A DNA stretch of 64,000 bases from Wickerhamiella versatilis (GCA_030867685.1 JAQOWU010000008.1:1240001-1304000); one strand, 5' to 3'; counted from the stretch's first letter, positions 28,742-40,956 are shown. The notes: a model not told the origin generated them from the letters alone. Numbers and translations: made by a program.

Positions 28742-31566
28742 CTAATCAAACGTGAAACTCGTGTCACAGAATTTCTGTGCAAGATTTTGCGATATGTGCT
28801 GAATGGAACTCTCTCCACTCCTATAAATAACGCCGAAAACTTCTGAGGCAACATCTATCAGTTGGCTATAGAACGTTGTGCAAATAACTTGTGTCTGGCC
28901 TCCCTGGACAATCTTGGCCAAGAAATTAGCGACTGAACGACGATGTTCGGGATCAAGATTAGCATCGATTTCGTCCAATACGTAAAAGGGGAAAGGACGA
29001 TATTGGTGGAATGCAAATATCAATACAAGAGCACATAATACTTTCTGTCCTCCACTCAACTGATTACAACATAAATAGTGCGGAGAATTTTGGAAGCGAG
29101 CCAGTATGTCACAATTGCGATCTAGTTCACCATCTCCTCCATTTTCCAGCAAAGAAAATACATTTGTAAAAGCATAGGAAACCTCGCTTAAGAACGCTTC
29201 AATTGTTTGTTCACGAGCTGAGGATGCATCAGAGAAGATATCACTAGTTCGCCTCATTTCATCTTGTAGCTGATCAAACTGATCAAGAAGGATTTTAATT
29301 TCCCCAGAATATTGAGAATATATATCTGATGCCCGCTTGTTGACGCCGCTCAACTTTTCGATCTCCGAATCAAGCCGTGAAATTTCTTCAGCAAGTTCTT
29401 CGGGGGCTTGGTCCGGATGATCTTGTTGTTTATTATCGCATATCATCTCCTTTATTGCGAGCAACCGATGGGTCAGTCTATCGACCAAGCGCTCGGCTTG
29501 TGCAAATTCTCGAAGGTGGGCACCACGTATATCCTTGATTTGTGACATGGCTTCGAACTTACGGGATCTTGCCTGCTCTATTACAACAAGTCTTTGCTTC
29601 AACTCTTGGAAACGTTCTTTCGTAGTTTCAATTCGGCTTCGAGAATTGAGGCACCGATTTTCACTAAGACTGTCAGTGTCAATTTCTTCAGCTTTAGGTT
29701 GCTGCAATTCTGTTTCTTCAGACCACATAGGAATAAATACGTTGCCGGAGCTTGTGAAATCACCTTTCGACTTACCCTTGAGCTCTTCATCGGTCTCGTC
29801 GGCAAGTTTTTCCACATTGATACTCAACTTCGTTACTTCTTCATGATTCCTCGCAAATTCTTCGTTCAATCGAGCTAATTTCGTTACGGAATGTTCAATA
29901 ATACTTTTCAACGTTGATAAATGGGTCGATGTGTCGACAAATTCCTTTATAAGGTCAATGGTGCTGTTGCTTCTGGACATGGAACCTCCTGAAAAGACGC
30001 CAATCGGACTTATCAATTCACCTTTGAGAGTCACATACTGTTTTCCATTCTCTATGGCCTTTTCAAAGCTTCCCTCTAAGCTATGCGACAAATTGAACTC
30101 ATCCAATAAAGATATCGCCATGTCACGCACGGCGGGCTTCAAAACCTCTATTTGGACTGCCAAGCTTTCTATTCCAGGATCCTTGCTCATAAAGGAATCT
30201 GCGGCCTTTATAACGATATTCTGATCACAAACCATTGCTCGTAATGCAAATAACGTGTCTTTGTCTTTGACCACATGCCAAAACAATTTCGAGCCCATAG
30301 TATTTTCAACAGCTATAGCCAAACTAGGGGAAAACCTGATACACTCACTTAAGGTTCCAAAATAATTTTGAGCGAGTCCCAGTTTTTGTGCAGCAACGCG
30401 AACACTTGTCAATCCAGTAAGCTCTTCAGGTTTCAACCAATTAACAGATCTCAACATTTGCATCGTACCTGTGAGACGCTTTTCGAACATGTTGGCCTCA
30501 TACTTTGCTCTTTTGATGGCCAAAAGCGTTTCTGTACGATCTTCTTCTCCTTGCCACAACTGCTCTTTGGCTAGCGCCAATGCTCGCAGCAGCATCATCC
30601 TTTTTTCACACCGTTCTTTACCCACAGCAGCTATCTCTTCTTCATATTTTTCTGGGAAATATTGCTGCTCATTGGCTGGTGGCATCAGAATAGATGGAAC
30701 TGCTTCAATTTTCTCAAGCTGGGTACCGACCATTTTTAATTCTGTTCGTAGCAACTTTTCCCGAAGATTTGCCTCTTCGAAGGTTTCCTCATTCCTTCTG
30801 AATATTGAATTGGTGGTTTTCAGTCTAGTCACGACGGTCTCCAGATTTTCCAAGGCCCTATTGCGTTCATTTCTTACTTCCTCAAATTGCCGCGTTGCCC
30901 TCCAGAGCTTCCATGAATCCAGTAGGCTTTTCAAACGCTCTTGTTCAGATTTATAGTGCCTCCACTTGTCGAGATCAACTATCTCCTCTTCCAATAGACT
31001 AAGGATTTCATTAGCTTTCCCTTTATAGTCGTTAACATCCAAACTACTTTCCTCCGCCTCCTTAAGTAAATTCCGACCTTCTGCAATGATATTATCAAAA
31101 AAATGAATTCCTGAAGCCTTTTCCATCGCTGTTAAACGTTTTTTTGATGATACTTCAGCCAAAGCAGTAATTTCACCTTGTTGCATGATAAAAAAAGGAG
31201 ATATCCATCCGGCTACACCAATGGCTTCAAGCCTTCCTTTAATTTCTGTTGCGGGCACAAATCGTCCATTCCATCTCCATTCATCTTTTTTAGTGTATGC
31301 ATTCGAGTAACGCTAAAATCAGAATCGTCGTCTCTGCCAAATGTAACTGTCACAGATGCTCTAGGTGGATTCAACGTTCTATTAATCGAATTTTGCAGCT
31401 CTTCATTTTCCATCTCTCCAAAGACGAATCTTAGTGCATCCAAAAAGTTCGATTTCCCCGATCCGTTTCGACCCACTATAACATTGACACCACGGCAAAG
31501 GGAGGAGACTGTTGTTTTATGAAGATAAGACCCAAAACCCTCAATCTCAACTTGCTTTATATACAT
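28742..31566 (-). CDS. SMC3: Cohesin Smc3, split into two ORFs by a -1 frame discontinuity at ~31285-31291 (~941 aa when joined)
   Basis: Walker A GRNGSGKSN in the 31213-31566 ORF; Q-loop IMQQG, hinge, LSGGQK, LDEIDANLD, ICTTF in the 28742-31258 frame; join reads TLKK-DEW. Confidence 0.85.
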
Positions 31567-31830
31567 AAATTCAAATGAATTTATTCAAGGAATCCCAATA
31601 AAAGAGGATTTGTATGCTTGCGTGGAGTGGTGGTACCGCTGAATAACCTAGAGATGCTCAAACTCAAAAATGCTCAGAATATCGGGATGCTATCAAATAT
31701 TTGCAATCTAAATTCATGCATGCAGACTATCTTTCAGGATTCTCGGTATGAATTCCGCAGAAAAAAACTCGTTGTCAAAATCTGATTATTAGAAGCATAA
31801 ATAATTCTCGTTAGAGTTGTTTTCAGGGTA

Positions 31831-32610
31831 TTATACTCTTCGATTCCTAATTAACTCATATGTGACGGAATTGATAAGCATTGATGGCACTACACGAGCA
31901 AGGTTAGCAGAAAGTCCAGAATAAAAACCACGTAGACCTCCTTTTTTCCATATGGACCCGCATGTGGAAGCTAAATTGGTGGATTCAAACTGCATTCGCG
32001 AGCGTAGAACTTGATGGGGATAAGTTAAAGAAGTTGAAACTACTTTAGCCAATGCCGATGCCGAGGACGCTCTCGACCACTGCGGTAATAGAACCATGTG
32101 AGGCCTGAGAGAATCATATATAGTGAAATAAATAGAACTCTGGAATATACCAAATATTCCAGGTACAATTCCTCGCCAGAGACCTCTAAACCCCTCTTCG
32201 CGAATGAGTTCTCTAAAAGCAACAATTATTGATCCGCTCCTTTCACTTCTAGTTGTACCTAATATACGGGTCTTAATTACCCAAATAGGATTTGTTGAAA
32301 GTTGTGTCAATATACCAGCTGTAAAGCTGCACAACCAGTATGTGCGAGGGTCGTTTTTTGGTAACCCAAGATCGTAACTCAGCATCTGAAGGCCCTCATA
32401 GATCCAATAATATGCTCCCCAAGCAAGGCCATTGCCAAGAATATTGGGTAGAATGCCTCTATATGCATCACCAGGCGACCTAAAGCTACGTGCTGCAGCT
32501 AAAAAGGAGGAATGGCGACCCACCTGCATGCGTATTTTAATCACATCTAGAGGATGCATCATGACCGTGGATACGATTCCTGCAGTTGCGCCGGCTATAA
32601 CCTGGTTCAT
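31831..32610 (-). CDS. FLX1: Mitochondrial FAD/folate carrier
   Basis: HPLDVIKIRMQ, N.LGN.LAWG.Y, TNPIWVIKTR, YPHQVLRSR. Confidence 0.85.
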   Translation of the reverse strand: MNQVIAGATAGIVSTVMMHPLDVIKIRMQVGRHSSFLAAARSFRSPGDAYRGILPNILGNGLAWGAYYWIYEGLQMLSYDLGLPKNDPRTYWLCSFTAGILTQLSTNPIWVIKTRILGTTRSERSGSIIVAFRELIREEGFRGLWRGIVPGIFGIFQSSIYFTIYDSLRPHMVLLPQWSRASSASALAKVVSTSLTYPHQVLRSRMQFESTNLASTCGSIWKKGGLRGFYSGLSANLARVVPSMLINSVTYELIRNRRV

Positions 32611-32968
32611 TATCGGATCGTGTTATAGAATGGTCACTCTAAGAATCCGCTTTTATATTCAACTTCTTGAAAAATAGCGCTGCGTAAGCGCTTTCATCCG
32701 CAGTGTTGTGCTATTATATTGATTCAAACTCTTTAAGCAATAGCATCAAAGAAAAAGAATTGCGAAAGCAAAACGAAATCGAAATCTCGTAGTCTACTGT
32801 TTGTTAACTACATATATAGATGATAATCCTATGTACTGTATTTTCATCGCAAGTAATAATCCCTTGCTGATACCCTGTTAAAAAAATGTGCAATCAGCAA
32901 CGACTAGTTACTTTGCAGTAACTGCTTCACAACTAGAAGACTTCTTCGATCAGAACTAGTTGAAAGTC

Positions 32969-33139
32969 TTAGGCAGTAGGCAAAGGCATGAGCAGCTTGA
33001 CGATCGACGGACGAGGAATACTCTGAGACCATCCAACATAGATGATAAAAGGAATCCATCCATACTGCAAAGCAACACGACTCACGTCGATCAGATTGGA
33101 GATACGCTCTTTCGTTTCGTCCGTGATAGAAAAAGCCAT
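32969..33139 (-). CDS. TOM7: TOM complex subunit Tom7
   Basis: DETKERI...YGWIPFIIYVGW...P...L.PL; ATG 33139. Confidence 0.93.
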   Translation of the reverse strand: MAFSITDETKERISNLIDVSRVALQYGWIPFIIYVGWSQSIPRPSIVKLLMPLPTA

Positions 33140-33533
33140 TTTGATTATTAATACAAGGAACAGACCCGATTTCACCATCTGTTGTTTTCAATGAAGTTCG
33201 AAAATAGTTTAGGTCTAATAAGTTATACAATTGAGTAAGGCTTTTGTTTTGTTGCAAGAAGTTGTTAACAGTATTGAATATCTATGTATGTCCAGTTTGT
33301 TGCGTTATCTCGCTTTTACCAGCCCAGCAATCCTTAGGAATATAATTCCAAGTTTGCCAAGGACTTCAAGACCATCTGAAAGTACGAATGTTTTTTTCTT
33401 CAGCAACTATTCAGGGCTTTTTATTTTGGTGAGTTCCTATCTATCCACAATATCTACAATTATATATTCTATCCAAGGTTCTCCGTTAGATTATTTGTGG
33501 TCAAGGGTCCAAATAGAAAGAAAAGGAACAATA

Positions 33534-34196
33534 TCAAGGGTCAGAAATTCCAGGAGCACCCAAATCGATGATACCCTCTAGAGTCAAAGAGTTCTGTAAA
33601 AACTTCTGAACTTTCTCATTATGCTTTATGGCCTTCTCATTCAAGAGACCTTCCACTTCGAGAGCTTCAACAGGAGGAACAGTTTTTCGCTGCTGTTTAA
33701 GTACGAATTTCGATAGCGCATAAGCGTGAAGACCATGTTTACTCTCGAAAGCAGTCAATACAAATATCCATTTTCGATCCCAGCCAAATATGCGGGAACG
33801 AACATTATATCTCTGAAATGGCTTAATTTCGGAGACATAATAGACATTGGTTGATGCTACAGGCGCCCTTATCCATTCGAAATAGTGACGTTTCATTCCG
33901 GGTGTGTTATGATAACGAAATGTATTGCGAAATTGATAAGTTAAGAGTTTCAGTCGCGAAAAGTCAAGATCAGTACCATAAGTACTATTGCTTTTGTGGG
34001 CATACATATCTACTTCTAGCGGTGGGCAGAACGTACGATACGTTTGTGATTCAAAGATAGATTTTGGTCGCCTTTTGCTACCGAAGTAGAGGTTTCTTAT
34101 AAAATATGAGGCTACTTTACAATGCCATACTCCAGGAAGGACCTTGGTGTTAGCCAGAAGGAATGCCGCAACACCTGAACCTACAAAGGACAGCAT
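33534..34196 (-). CDS. Hot-dog-fold thioesterase-like protein (YBR096W-like)
   Basis: K.LP..WH, LEVDMYAHKSNSTY..DLD..R, WD.KW, K..RKTVPP. Confidence 0.75.
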   Translation of the reverse strand: MLSFVGSGVAAFLLANTKVLPGVWHCKVASYFIRNLYFGSKRRPKSIFESQTYRTFCPPLEVDMYAHKSNSTYGTDLDFSRLKLLTYQFRNTFRYHNTPGMKRHYFEWIRAPVASTNVYYVSEIKPFQRYNVRSRIFGWDRKWIFVLTAFESKHGLHAYALSKFVLKQQRKTVPPVEALEVEGLLNEKAIKHNEKVQKFLQNSLTLEGIIDLGAPGISDP

Positions 34197-34473
34197 TTCC
34201 AACAAGTAGTGCCTTTGCTTACTTAGATATAAGCTTCGGATTAGTTTAACTCTACATACTTTTCTCTTAAATAAATGAAATAATGATATCGTAAACGTTT
34301 CTCACCTGTTACATAGGGCAACACCTAATTAGACTTTTGTCGATGGCTTGAAGTCTTGATGTGAGTGTGATTGTCTTAATATGTAATGCCAAATTAGACA
34401 ATACAAATTGTACACTAATGGTTACTCTTGCTTTTTATTGTTTTTTTCTACAACTTCGAAAGTATATAACAAG

Positions 34474-36771
34474 CTATTCTAAATTATCAGTTTTCCGACG
34501 TTTTAGAGCAGGTTGTTCCTCATCTGTCTCTTCTTCTGATTTACCTTCATTCTCCTGAGTCTCCAAATTACCCGTAGGGTTATTTTCTTCGGTCGCTTCT
34601 TTGTTTTTATCGTCATTTTCCTGGCTGTCCAACACATCGACAGGCTGTCTTTCACCAGTCCCTTCATTGCTCTTGTCGTCAATCTTCTCTGTCGCTTTAC
34701 TCTCAGGTTCTTCCACAGAATCTTTCAGGTTTCCTAGAGGCTCTTCAGGTTCATAATCAGGCTCAGGTTCAAGAGATGCACGCCTCGCCACGGCTTTTCC
34801 AAGACGTTCATGCCACCAAGCACCCCACTCGCCATCAAATTTGACTCGACTGATTCGCTCTTGAGCAAGAAGAGGGTATTTCACTATCGTCTCCCATCCT
34901 AGAGAGCTTAGCAAAATGCCTGTATTTTCAAAAACAAAATCGACTGCAGGTTCTGGGGATAGTAATTTTGCCTCGATGAATTGTTCACAAACAAGTGAAC
35001 CGACCCACAGGGAGTCTTTCCAGTAATCATATACAGTATCAACGATAACACGGTCCTCGGAAACATTTTTTATGATAAGATCCTTCGCTGCCTTTATTGC
35101 CCGTTTGACGTGGCTAATGGATCTATTTCCAGCGTGGCAGACAGCTGCCACGATAGCACTAGCACGTTCACGAGGATCTAAGTCTCCTACCAACAGGTCT
35201 CCTAATTCTGATTCATCCAGGTTTTTCTGAAAAGATAGGGCATCAGCAAGTTTACCTGCATATTTTTCTTGAGCAAAATAAGGTACCTCAGGTGTGTCTC
35301 GCACAAGCGGCTTGAATTCCTCAGGAAGTAGATCTCGCACGCGTTGAGGATAAGAAAGTCTTACTTCCTTGGCTAAGAGCTCCCTTATGAATATTTGTTG
35401 AGGATGATCCTCTGGAAGTTGCAACGAATCTGTCCATTCACCCCACTTCCAAGTGAAGCCAAAGTTGGAAACATGATGCGCAAACCATTCAACGACTCTA
35501 AAGATAAGTTCTGCATCGAGCGTTGTAGCATTAGCAAATATAAAACGCAGCGCACGACCAAGTACAGGAGCGGTTGCTAGAGGGGCCATGATGCATGCTT
35601 CAATGAGTATGCTGCTATAATAAACCAAGGGAAATTCGGACTGCGACAGTCGAAATATCTGACTTAGAACAGCCTCTACCGCCACATCTTCTACCTTCCA
35701 TGTAGACTTCTCCGCTGGGTAATCCACAAGGGCATCTAGTGACGCACCTGGCTGTGCAAACATTGCAGGATTAAAAAATAAGTCCAAAGTAATGAGTTGG
35801 CGGGTAACTTCCTTACGGTTAAAGTCCATATGGTTGATATTATCAAGTGCAATATCTCTCAGTAGCTGAGCAAAGATAGTATTTGGTGGCGGTACAGTCT
35901 CAACCTCATTTGTTAAATAAATTCGCGTGAACAAGGGAAGTACACGGGAAGCTGTACTAGGATGTATCTCAGATGTCGGCGCCACATGTACAGTAGGAAA
36001 CTTGTGCTTCACTGGTACTTTGCGATCACGAATATATTCATTTGTGTCGATCATAAAGTCTGTTTTAAAACCTTCATCCTTCCACTTTATAACCGCTTCT
36101 TTCAGCAGCAACAATGATGGCACCGCGTCATATGGCTTCTCATCTCCAAAGAATGGCTTATCGGCCGCAGGTAGGTCCTCAGATATTGGAAAGTTTGAAA
36201 GAAGTTCCGACAATTCTGCTGAGATAGTACCACCAGAATGTACTAGATATACAGCTGCAAAAGCGACTGTAGTGTATAGCTCCCATCCTAATGGTACGCC
36301 GGCAAGATCTGTGGCTCGTTTGAGTAGCTCTGTTAATAACTCTACGATTGGTTCCGACTCCACAATTGTCAAAGCGCAGACGAAGCGTAGATATAGCTTA
36401 AAACGGCTCCAGTCACCTGTCATCAAAGCTTTACTGAGCTCATCGTGAGCCATTTCTACCACGAGAAAGCCAAAGTCGGGCTTCTCGTGATTGACTTGCT
36501 CCAAAACGAGGACGAGAAAAGCTATTTTATGTGGCTGCTCGTACAATACAGCCTTGATCATTTCTAGTACACCGGGATTGGTCTCCTCAGGCGCCTCGAC
36601 GAGGTCTCGGGTTAACTGGTCAATGACATCATCGACCTTTCTGCGCGATGGCTCTCCAAGTTCTGCTATCGAGCGTCTTAAATATCCTGCTGGATTGCCA
36701 CCGCGAGGTCCACCACTGTTCCTACCATACTTTTCGGAGTCGTAATTGTCCCGCTTCCGTTTCCCCGTCAT
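34474..36771 (-). CDS. STO1: Nuclear cap-binding complex large subunit CBP80
   Basis: NLS KRKR, EQPHKI, WKVEDVAVE, WFAHHVSNFGFTWKW.EW, KEVRLSY. Confidence 0.93.
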   Translation of the reverse strand: MTGKRKRDNYDSEKYGRNSGGPRGGNPAGYLRRSIAELGEPSRRKVDDVIDQLTRDLVEAPEETNPGVLEMIKAVLYEQPHKIAFLVLVLEQVNHEKPDFGFLVVEMAHDELSKALMTGDWSRFKLYLRFVCALTIVESEPIVELLTELLKRATDLAGVPLGWELYTTVAFAAVYLVHSGGTISAELSELLSNFPISEDLPAADKPFFGDEKPYDAVPSLLLLKEAVIKWKDEGFKTDFMIDTNEYIRDRKVPVKHKFPTVHVAPTSEIHPSTASRVLPLFTRIYLTNEVETVPPPNTIFAQLLRDIALDNINHMDFNRKEVTRQLITLDLFFNPAMFAQPGASLDALVDYPAEKSTWKVEDVAVEAVLSQIFRLSQSEFPLVYYSSILIEACIMAPLATAPVLGRALRFIFANATTLDAELIFRVVEWFAHHVSNFGFTWKWGEWTDSLQLPEDHPQQIFIRELLAKEVRLSYPQRVRDLLPEEFKPLVRDTPEVPYFAQEKYAGKLADALSFQKNLDESELGDLLVGDLDPRERASAIVAAVCHAGNRSISHVKRAIKAAKDLIIKNVSEDRVIVDTVYDYWKDSLWVGSLVCEQFIEAKLLSPEPAVDFVFENTGILLSSLGWETIVKYPLLAQERISRVKFDGEWGAWWHERLGKAVARRASLEPEPDYEPEEPLGNLKDSVEEPESKATEKIDDKSNEGTGERQPVDVLDSQENDDKNKEATEENNPTGNLETQENEGKSEEETDEEQPALKRRKTDNLE

Positions 36772-36810
36772 CCTTTTTCTACAACTTAGTCAGGTTCTGG
36801 TACCCCACGG

Positions 36811-38865
36811 ATGGTGGATTTGCCTGCAGCTCACCGTAGTCAGGTATTTCGACTGATTGACTCTGTCCAACCTGAAGGACGGTACAAGACTTTAGTAGTC
36901 GACAGGCGTGTCAAAGAAATACTTGCGTACAGTGTTGAGACTCACGAATTATTGGACCGGCAGGTGGCCAACGTCCTATTACTAGACAGTCCACGGCAGA
37001 CTGAAACATATCTGGACGCGATTTACATATGCGAATGTAATGAATACACAATCGGTTGCGTGTCAGCTGATTTTATTCGAAGACCTCCGCGGTATAAACG
37101 AGCCCATGTCTTTTTCTTACCTGGTGGGAACTCGAAGCTTATCACGCAATTCAAGAACTCGACAATAAGTCATTACCTCTCTCATGTTGGTGAAGCACCA
37201 CTAGGCTGGTTACCTATGGAACGTGCGGTGTTTAGCATGGGCGAGCCTTGGGCTTTTGATCGACTCTACAATGAGAATTGTCACGATCAAGTGCCTTATC
37301 TTGATATTATTGCTCAAAAAATTGCAAGCGTTTGTATGTCTTTACAAGAATTCCCATATATTCGGTATTGGTGGCCTCATGCTGCACAAGAGGGAGCTCC
37401 TCAGCGTCAGTTTCCGATGATGCTTGCGACTGCAATTCAATCTCATCTCCACAAAATGAGAAATCAGTATATGACGCCTGAATTAGATGCGCAGTCAAAA
37501 ACCACACTTCTTGTTGTTGACCGGACACTTGACCTGTGGGCACCACTCATGCATGAATTCACATTCCAGGCGCTAGCAGTTGATGCGTGCAACTTCAAGG
37601 GCAATAAATACAAGTCTAAGAATGGAAGCGTCGAGGGTGAATTGAATGAATCTGATCTCGATTGGTGTGATCTGAGACATCAACATATTTCGATTGTAAC
37701 CCAAAAACTTACCGATCGCATAAAGGCACTTCGAGAGGCTAATCCCCACTTAGCGGACAATAATAAGGATGTGACTGTTCATGATGTTCGAAATATGATG
37801 GCAGCTTTACCGGAATTTGTCAAGTCACGCGATAATGTTAGTGTGAATCTTCAAGTTGCTCTAGAGTGTATGGAAACTGTCGATAATAGCTACCTACGTG
37901 AAGTGGCAGAATTTGAACAGAATGCCGCGTTGGGGAAACATGGACAGGGAACGCTTGCTGATGACTTGGTCCGCGTCCTAGCCTTAAAAGGAATAAGCCG
38001 CGAAAACAAACTCAGAGCTATTATTGTATACGTTCTTGCTCGCAACTCTAGCCTGTTTCGTGCTGATTATGAACGCTTAGCTCGCCACACCGGACTCAAA
38101 GAAAGTGACCTCGAGCAGATATGGAATTTAGCTAGCTTGGGGGTGTCTGTTCTGAAAGCAGTGGCAAAGCCACACAAGGGAAAGAAGGATACCAATTATG
38201 TTCGTGAAAATAATGAGCAGGAGCTTCTTTACACGAGGTATGAGCCCGCCTTGAAGACTGTGGTTGAGCAGCTTTTGCAAAACAAACTAAGTCGTGACGA
38301 TTTCCCCTTTTGTGGTGAAGAGCCCTTAGATGAGGAGGCTGGAACCGCAGAGGCACCGGTTTCTTTGCGAAATCCAAAGCAGCGCGCCACGTGGGCCCTT
38401 AATACTACAGCTGGAAATGCGAAGCAGCATGGGCAGCGACGAAAGTTAATAGTTATTGTATTGGGTGGGTTTACCGCATCGGAATCTCGATCGATGTATG
38501 AGCTCACGTCGAAATATCCAAAAGATGTAGTAATTGGGGGAGAAGATCTCTTGACACCTCAATCTTTTTTGAAATTTTTGGAACGTCAAAAGCTTCCCAG
38601 AGAAGAGCTTAAGTTGCCGGTTGATGCGCCTTCCAAAAAGGTCCCAGATTTCTTAATGGCATCTGACCGTGAGAATAGGAACAACAAGCCCATACAGAAG
38701 AATCCTGCATCTCCACCGCCGGTCACCACCACCAGCACCAGTAAATCAGACACCGTTTCACAGACACCTGTAGATTTCATTAAGTCACCGGATATGGCCA
38801 CGCCTCACAAAAAAGGTATGGGCAAACGTCTTAAGAACGCATTCCGCACGAAGAAAAAGGATTAA
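36811..38865 (+). CDS. SEC1: SM-family exocytosis protein
   Basis: YKTLVVD, E.PYIRY, DRTLD..APLMHEFTFQA, W..LRHQHI, SLR...ATW, GG.T.SE.R..YEL. Confidence 0.92.
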   Translation: MVDLPAAHRSQVFRLIDSVQPEGRYKTLVVDRRVKEILAYSVETHELLDRQVANVLLLDSPRQTETYLDAIYICECNEYTIGCVSADFIRRPPRYKRAHVFFLPGGNSKLITQFKNSTISHYLSHVGEAPLGWLPMERAVFSMGEPWAFDRLYNENCHDQVPYLDIIAQKIASVCMSLQEFPYIRYWWPHAAQEGAPQRQFPMMLATAIQSHLHKMRNQYMTPELDAQSKTTLLVVDRTLDLWAPLMHEFTFQALAVDACNFKGNKYKSKNGSVEGELNESDLDWCDLRHQHISIVTQKLTDRIKALREANPHLADNNKDVTVHDVRNMMAALPEFVKSRDNVSVNLQVALECMETVDNSYLREVAEFEQNAALGKHGQGTLADDLVRVLALKGISRENKLRAIIVYVLARNSSLFRADYERLARHTGLKESDLEQIWNLASLGVSVLKAVAKPHKGKKDTNYVRENNEQELLYTRYEPALKTVVEQLLQNKLSRDDFPFCGEEPLDEEAGTAEAPVSLRNPKQRATWALNTTAGNAKQHGQRRKLIVIVLGGFTASESRSMYELTSKYPKDVVIGGEDLLTPQSFLKFLERQKLPREELKLPVDAPSKKVPDFLMASDRENRNNKPIQKNPASPPPVTTTSTSKSDTVSQTPVDFIKSPDMATPHKKGMGKRLKNAFRTKKKD

Positions 38866-38927
38866 GAATAATCATTCCTTCTAAATAAATGTAGCTTCAC
38901 AAGGAAGTATAATGTAACACTACTGCT

Positions 38928-40148
38928 CTAACGTAGACTAACAAGTTTTACATCAAAAATCAACTCTGAGTTTCCCGGAATCCCCGGAAGAGCTTTCTTT
39001 CCATAAGCCATAGATGGAGGTATGATGATACGTCGTTCACCACCAACTGCCATGCCTTGGACTCCGACATCCCATCCTTTAATGACTTCGCCACGACCAA
39101 GATGGAATTTAAAAGGATTACCCTTCGTGTTTTGGTCGAATCGTTTACCATTTTTTAGTTTTCCGATATAGCGCATGCCAACGTTATTACCTTTTTTGGC
39201 TTGCGGGCCCTGTCCGACCTTTCTATCTTCAATTATAACTCCACCCTCAAGCTTCTTCGTTGGATATTTCGACTCAGTCGCTTCTGGTCCCTTTTCAAGC
39301 GAATCACTAAACTCAACGGCTTTCTTCTGCTTTTTACATTCCTTTTGCGAAGTGGCTTCGTCTGCTGAACGCTTTTTCTTGGAATCTTTCTTAGAAGATG
39401 CCTGTGGTTTTTCTTCCGCAGCAGGTTCCTCCTCAACAATTTCATCAATCCGGCCCCCAACATCAACTTCATCGTCCTCGTCCTCGTCCTCATCTTCGTC
39501 CTCATCTTCATCCTCGTCCTCATCTTGTCCGTCCACACCCATTTCATCTAACTCATCACTTTCAGAATCGTCCTCTCCCTGTCCATCAAATTCTTCATCT
39601 TCGAGGTCCTCATCATCTAGTTCACTGTCAGAACGATCATAAGGGTGGTCCAGGTAATTTCCTGTCACGTGGATTGGGTAAGAACCGATGACTTGGAGGT
39701 AAGCCTGTTCATCACGGGCCACCATAATGTCTAGACTTTGCTGATACTGAACGCCGGGAGCCAAGGTACATAGAACCGTAGCAGGATCCTTTAGAAGTTC
39801 ATCCTCATCATCCTCTCCCCCTTCCTCGTCATCCTCATCATCCTCGTCGTCGTCCTCATCCTCGTCGTCGTCCTCATCCTCATCCTCATCACCATCCTGC
39901 TCATCATCCTCATATTCCTCATCCTGATCCTCCTCTTCATCTGAGTCTGATGGGATACGTATAAGCCGCAAGGTCGATGGAGTTTTTTTCTCATCGGCTG
40001 GATTTAAAGGATCAAGCGCGGCAATCGTGAGCCGCACTGAGATCGGCATAGTTGGCTCAGTTACCGGAACAAGATCACCAGGAATCACCTTGATGCTATG
40101 CGACGATAGGGGTAGCAAAGGGTAAGGTGCCTCTTCTTCGATGCTCAT
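38928..40148 (-). CDS. FPR3: Nucleoplasmin-like FKBP prolyl isomerase
   Basis: NPL domain (LCTL...YQQSLD, GNY), acidic tracts, C-terminal FKBP MRYIGKL, EVIKGWD, GIP.NS.L.FDV. Confidence 0.93.
   Translation of the reverse strand: MSIEEEAPYPLLPLSSHSIKVIPGDLVPVTEPTMPISVRLTIAALDPLNPADEKKTPSTLRLIRIPSDSDEEEDQDEEYEDDEQDGDEDEDEDDDEDEDDDEDDEDDEEGGEDDEDELLKDPATVLCTLAPGVQYQQSLDIMVARDEQAYLQVIGSYPIHVTGNYLDHPYDRSDSELDDEDLEDEEFDGQGEDDSESDELDEMGVDGQDEDEDEDEDEDEDEDEDDEVDVGGRIDEIVEEEPAAEEKPQASSKKDSKKKRSADEATSQKECKKQKKAVEFSDSLEKGPEATESKYPTKKLEGGVIIEDRKVGQGPQAKKGNNVGMRYIGKLKNGKRFDQNTKGNPFKFHLGRGEVIKGWDVGVQGMAVGGERRIIIPPSMAYGKKALPGIPGNSELIFDVKLVSLR
39468..39525. repeat. Coding (TCC/TCR)n low-complexity repeat encoding (DE)n in FPR3
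   Basis: tcgtcctcgtcctcgtcctcatcttcgtcctcatc... Confidence 0.8.
39799..39941. repeat. Second acidic trinucleotide-like coding repeat in FPR3
   Basis: tcatcctcgtcgtcgtcc units encoding DEDEDDD. Confidence 0.8.
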
Positions 40149-40347
40149 GGCAAAAAATGGTTGTCTACTGATTAGTCACAATGCTGGTTATTGTATATTC
40201 GAGTAAATCACTATCAGGCTTATACAGGGAGAATATATATCCGAGAGGTTTCCAATACCACTCAGAAATTGCCATAGTGCACTAACAGAACATTTAGTTT
40301 CATGATTTTAGACTCGTAGGTCAATTATATAAATGTGTTCCCACAAT

Positions 40348-40884
40348 TTAAAACTTGAGGAGATGAGGCTTGTCTCCATTTTTAAGACTGAATGGAGTAC
40401 CCAGGTATTCCTTAAGCAGAGGAGTCTTCTTAATAGACTCGAGCAGGGCGCCGTCTACTGACTTCTGGTCGGCAGCCCTCTTCTCGCTGACCTCCTTCTT
40501 GGGGGCAGGGGCATCACCAAAAAGCTCCTCCTCAGTAACCTTCTTCTCAGACTTGCGGTCACGAGCAAAATAAGCAGGAGTGAACTTATCGAGACCTGGA
40601 ACACTAGAGACATCAACTTTAGTGGAGGTAGCAATGACGTACCGTGCGTTCATACGGCGGATAGGCACACCATTGATCTTGAAAGGACCAGTAACGAGGA
40701 GAGTGCCGTCCTCAAAGGACTTCAGGAGAACCACACGCTTACCACGGTAGCGGCCGGCCAGAACGATAAGGACCGCACCAGGGACCAAAGATGCACGGAG
40801 CTTGGCTGGGCGGACAGTCTTACGTGCCTTCTTCGGCGTAGGATCAACCTGAGTAGGATACCACTTGGTGTTCGTAGTCGACAT
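40348..40884 (-). CDS. RPL6: 60S ribosomal protein eL6, intronless
   Basis: [49 protein letters not shown]. Confidence 0.98.
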   Translation of the reverse strand: MSTTNTKWYPTQVDPTPKKARKTVRPAKLRASLVPGAVLIVLAGRYRGKRVVLLKSFEDGTLLVTGPFKINGVPIRRMNARYVIATSTKVDVSSVPGLDKFTPAYFARDRKSEKKVTEEELFGDAPAPKKEVSEKRAADQKSVDGALLESIKKTPLLKEYLGTPFSLKNGDKPHLLKF

Positions 40885-40956
40885 TTAGCGGTAGTTACAG
40901 CGGGATGCTACACTGAGTGTTAGCCATCTGCTGCATTGATTCGAAATACAACCTAG

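Noticed and set aside
33308..33325. CGCTTTTACCAG resembling U5 snRNA loop 1
   Set aside because: Lacks one invariant C, the flanking stem pairs for only 2 bp, and no proper Sm site follows
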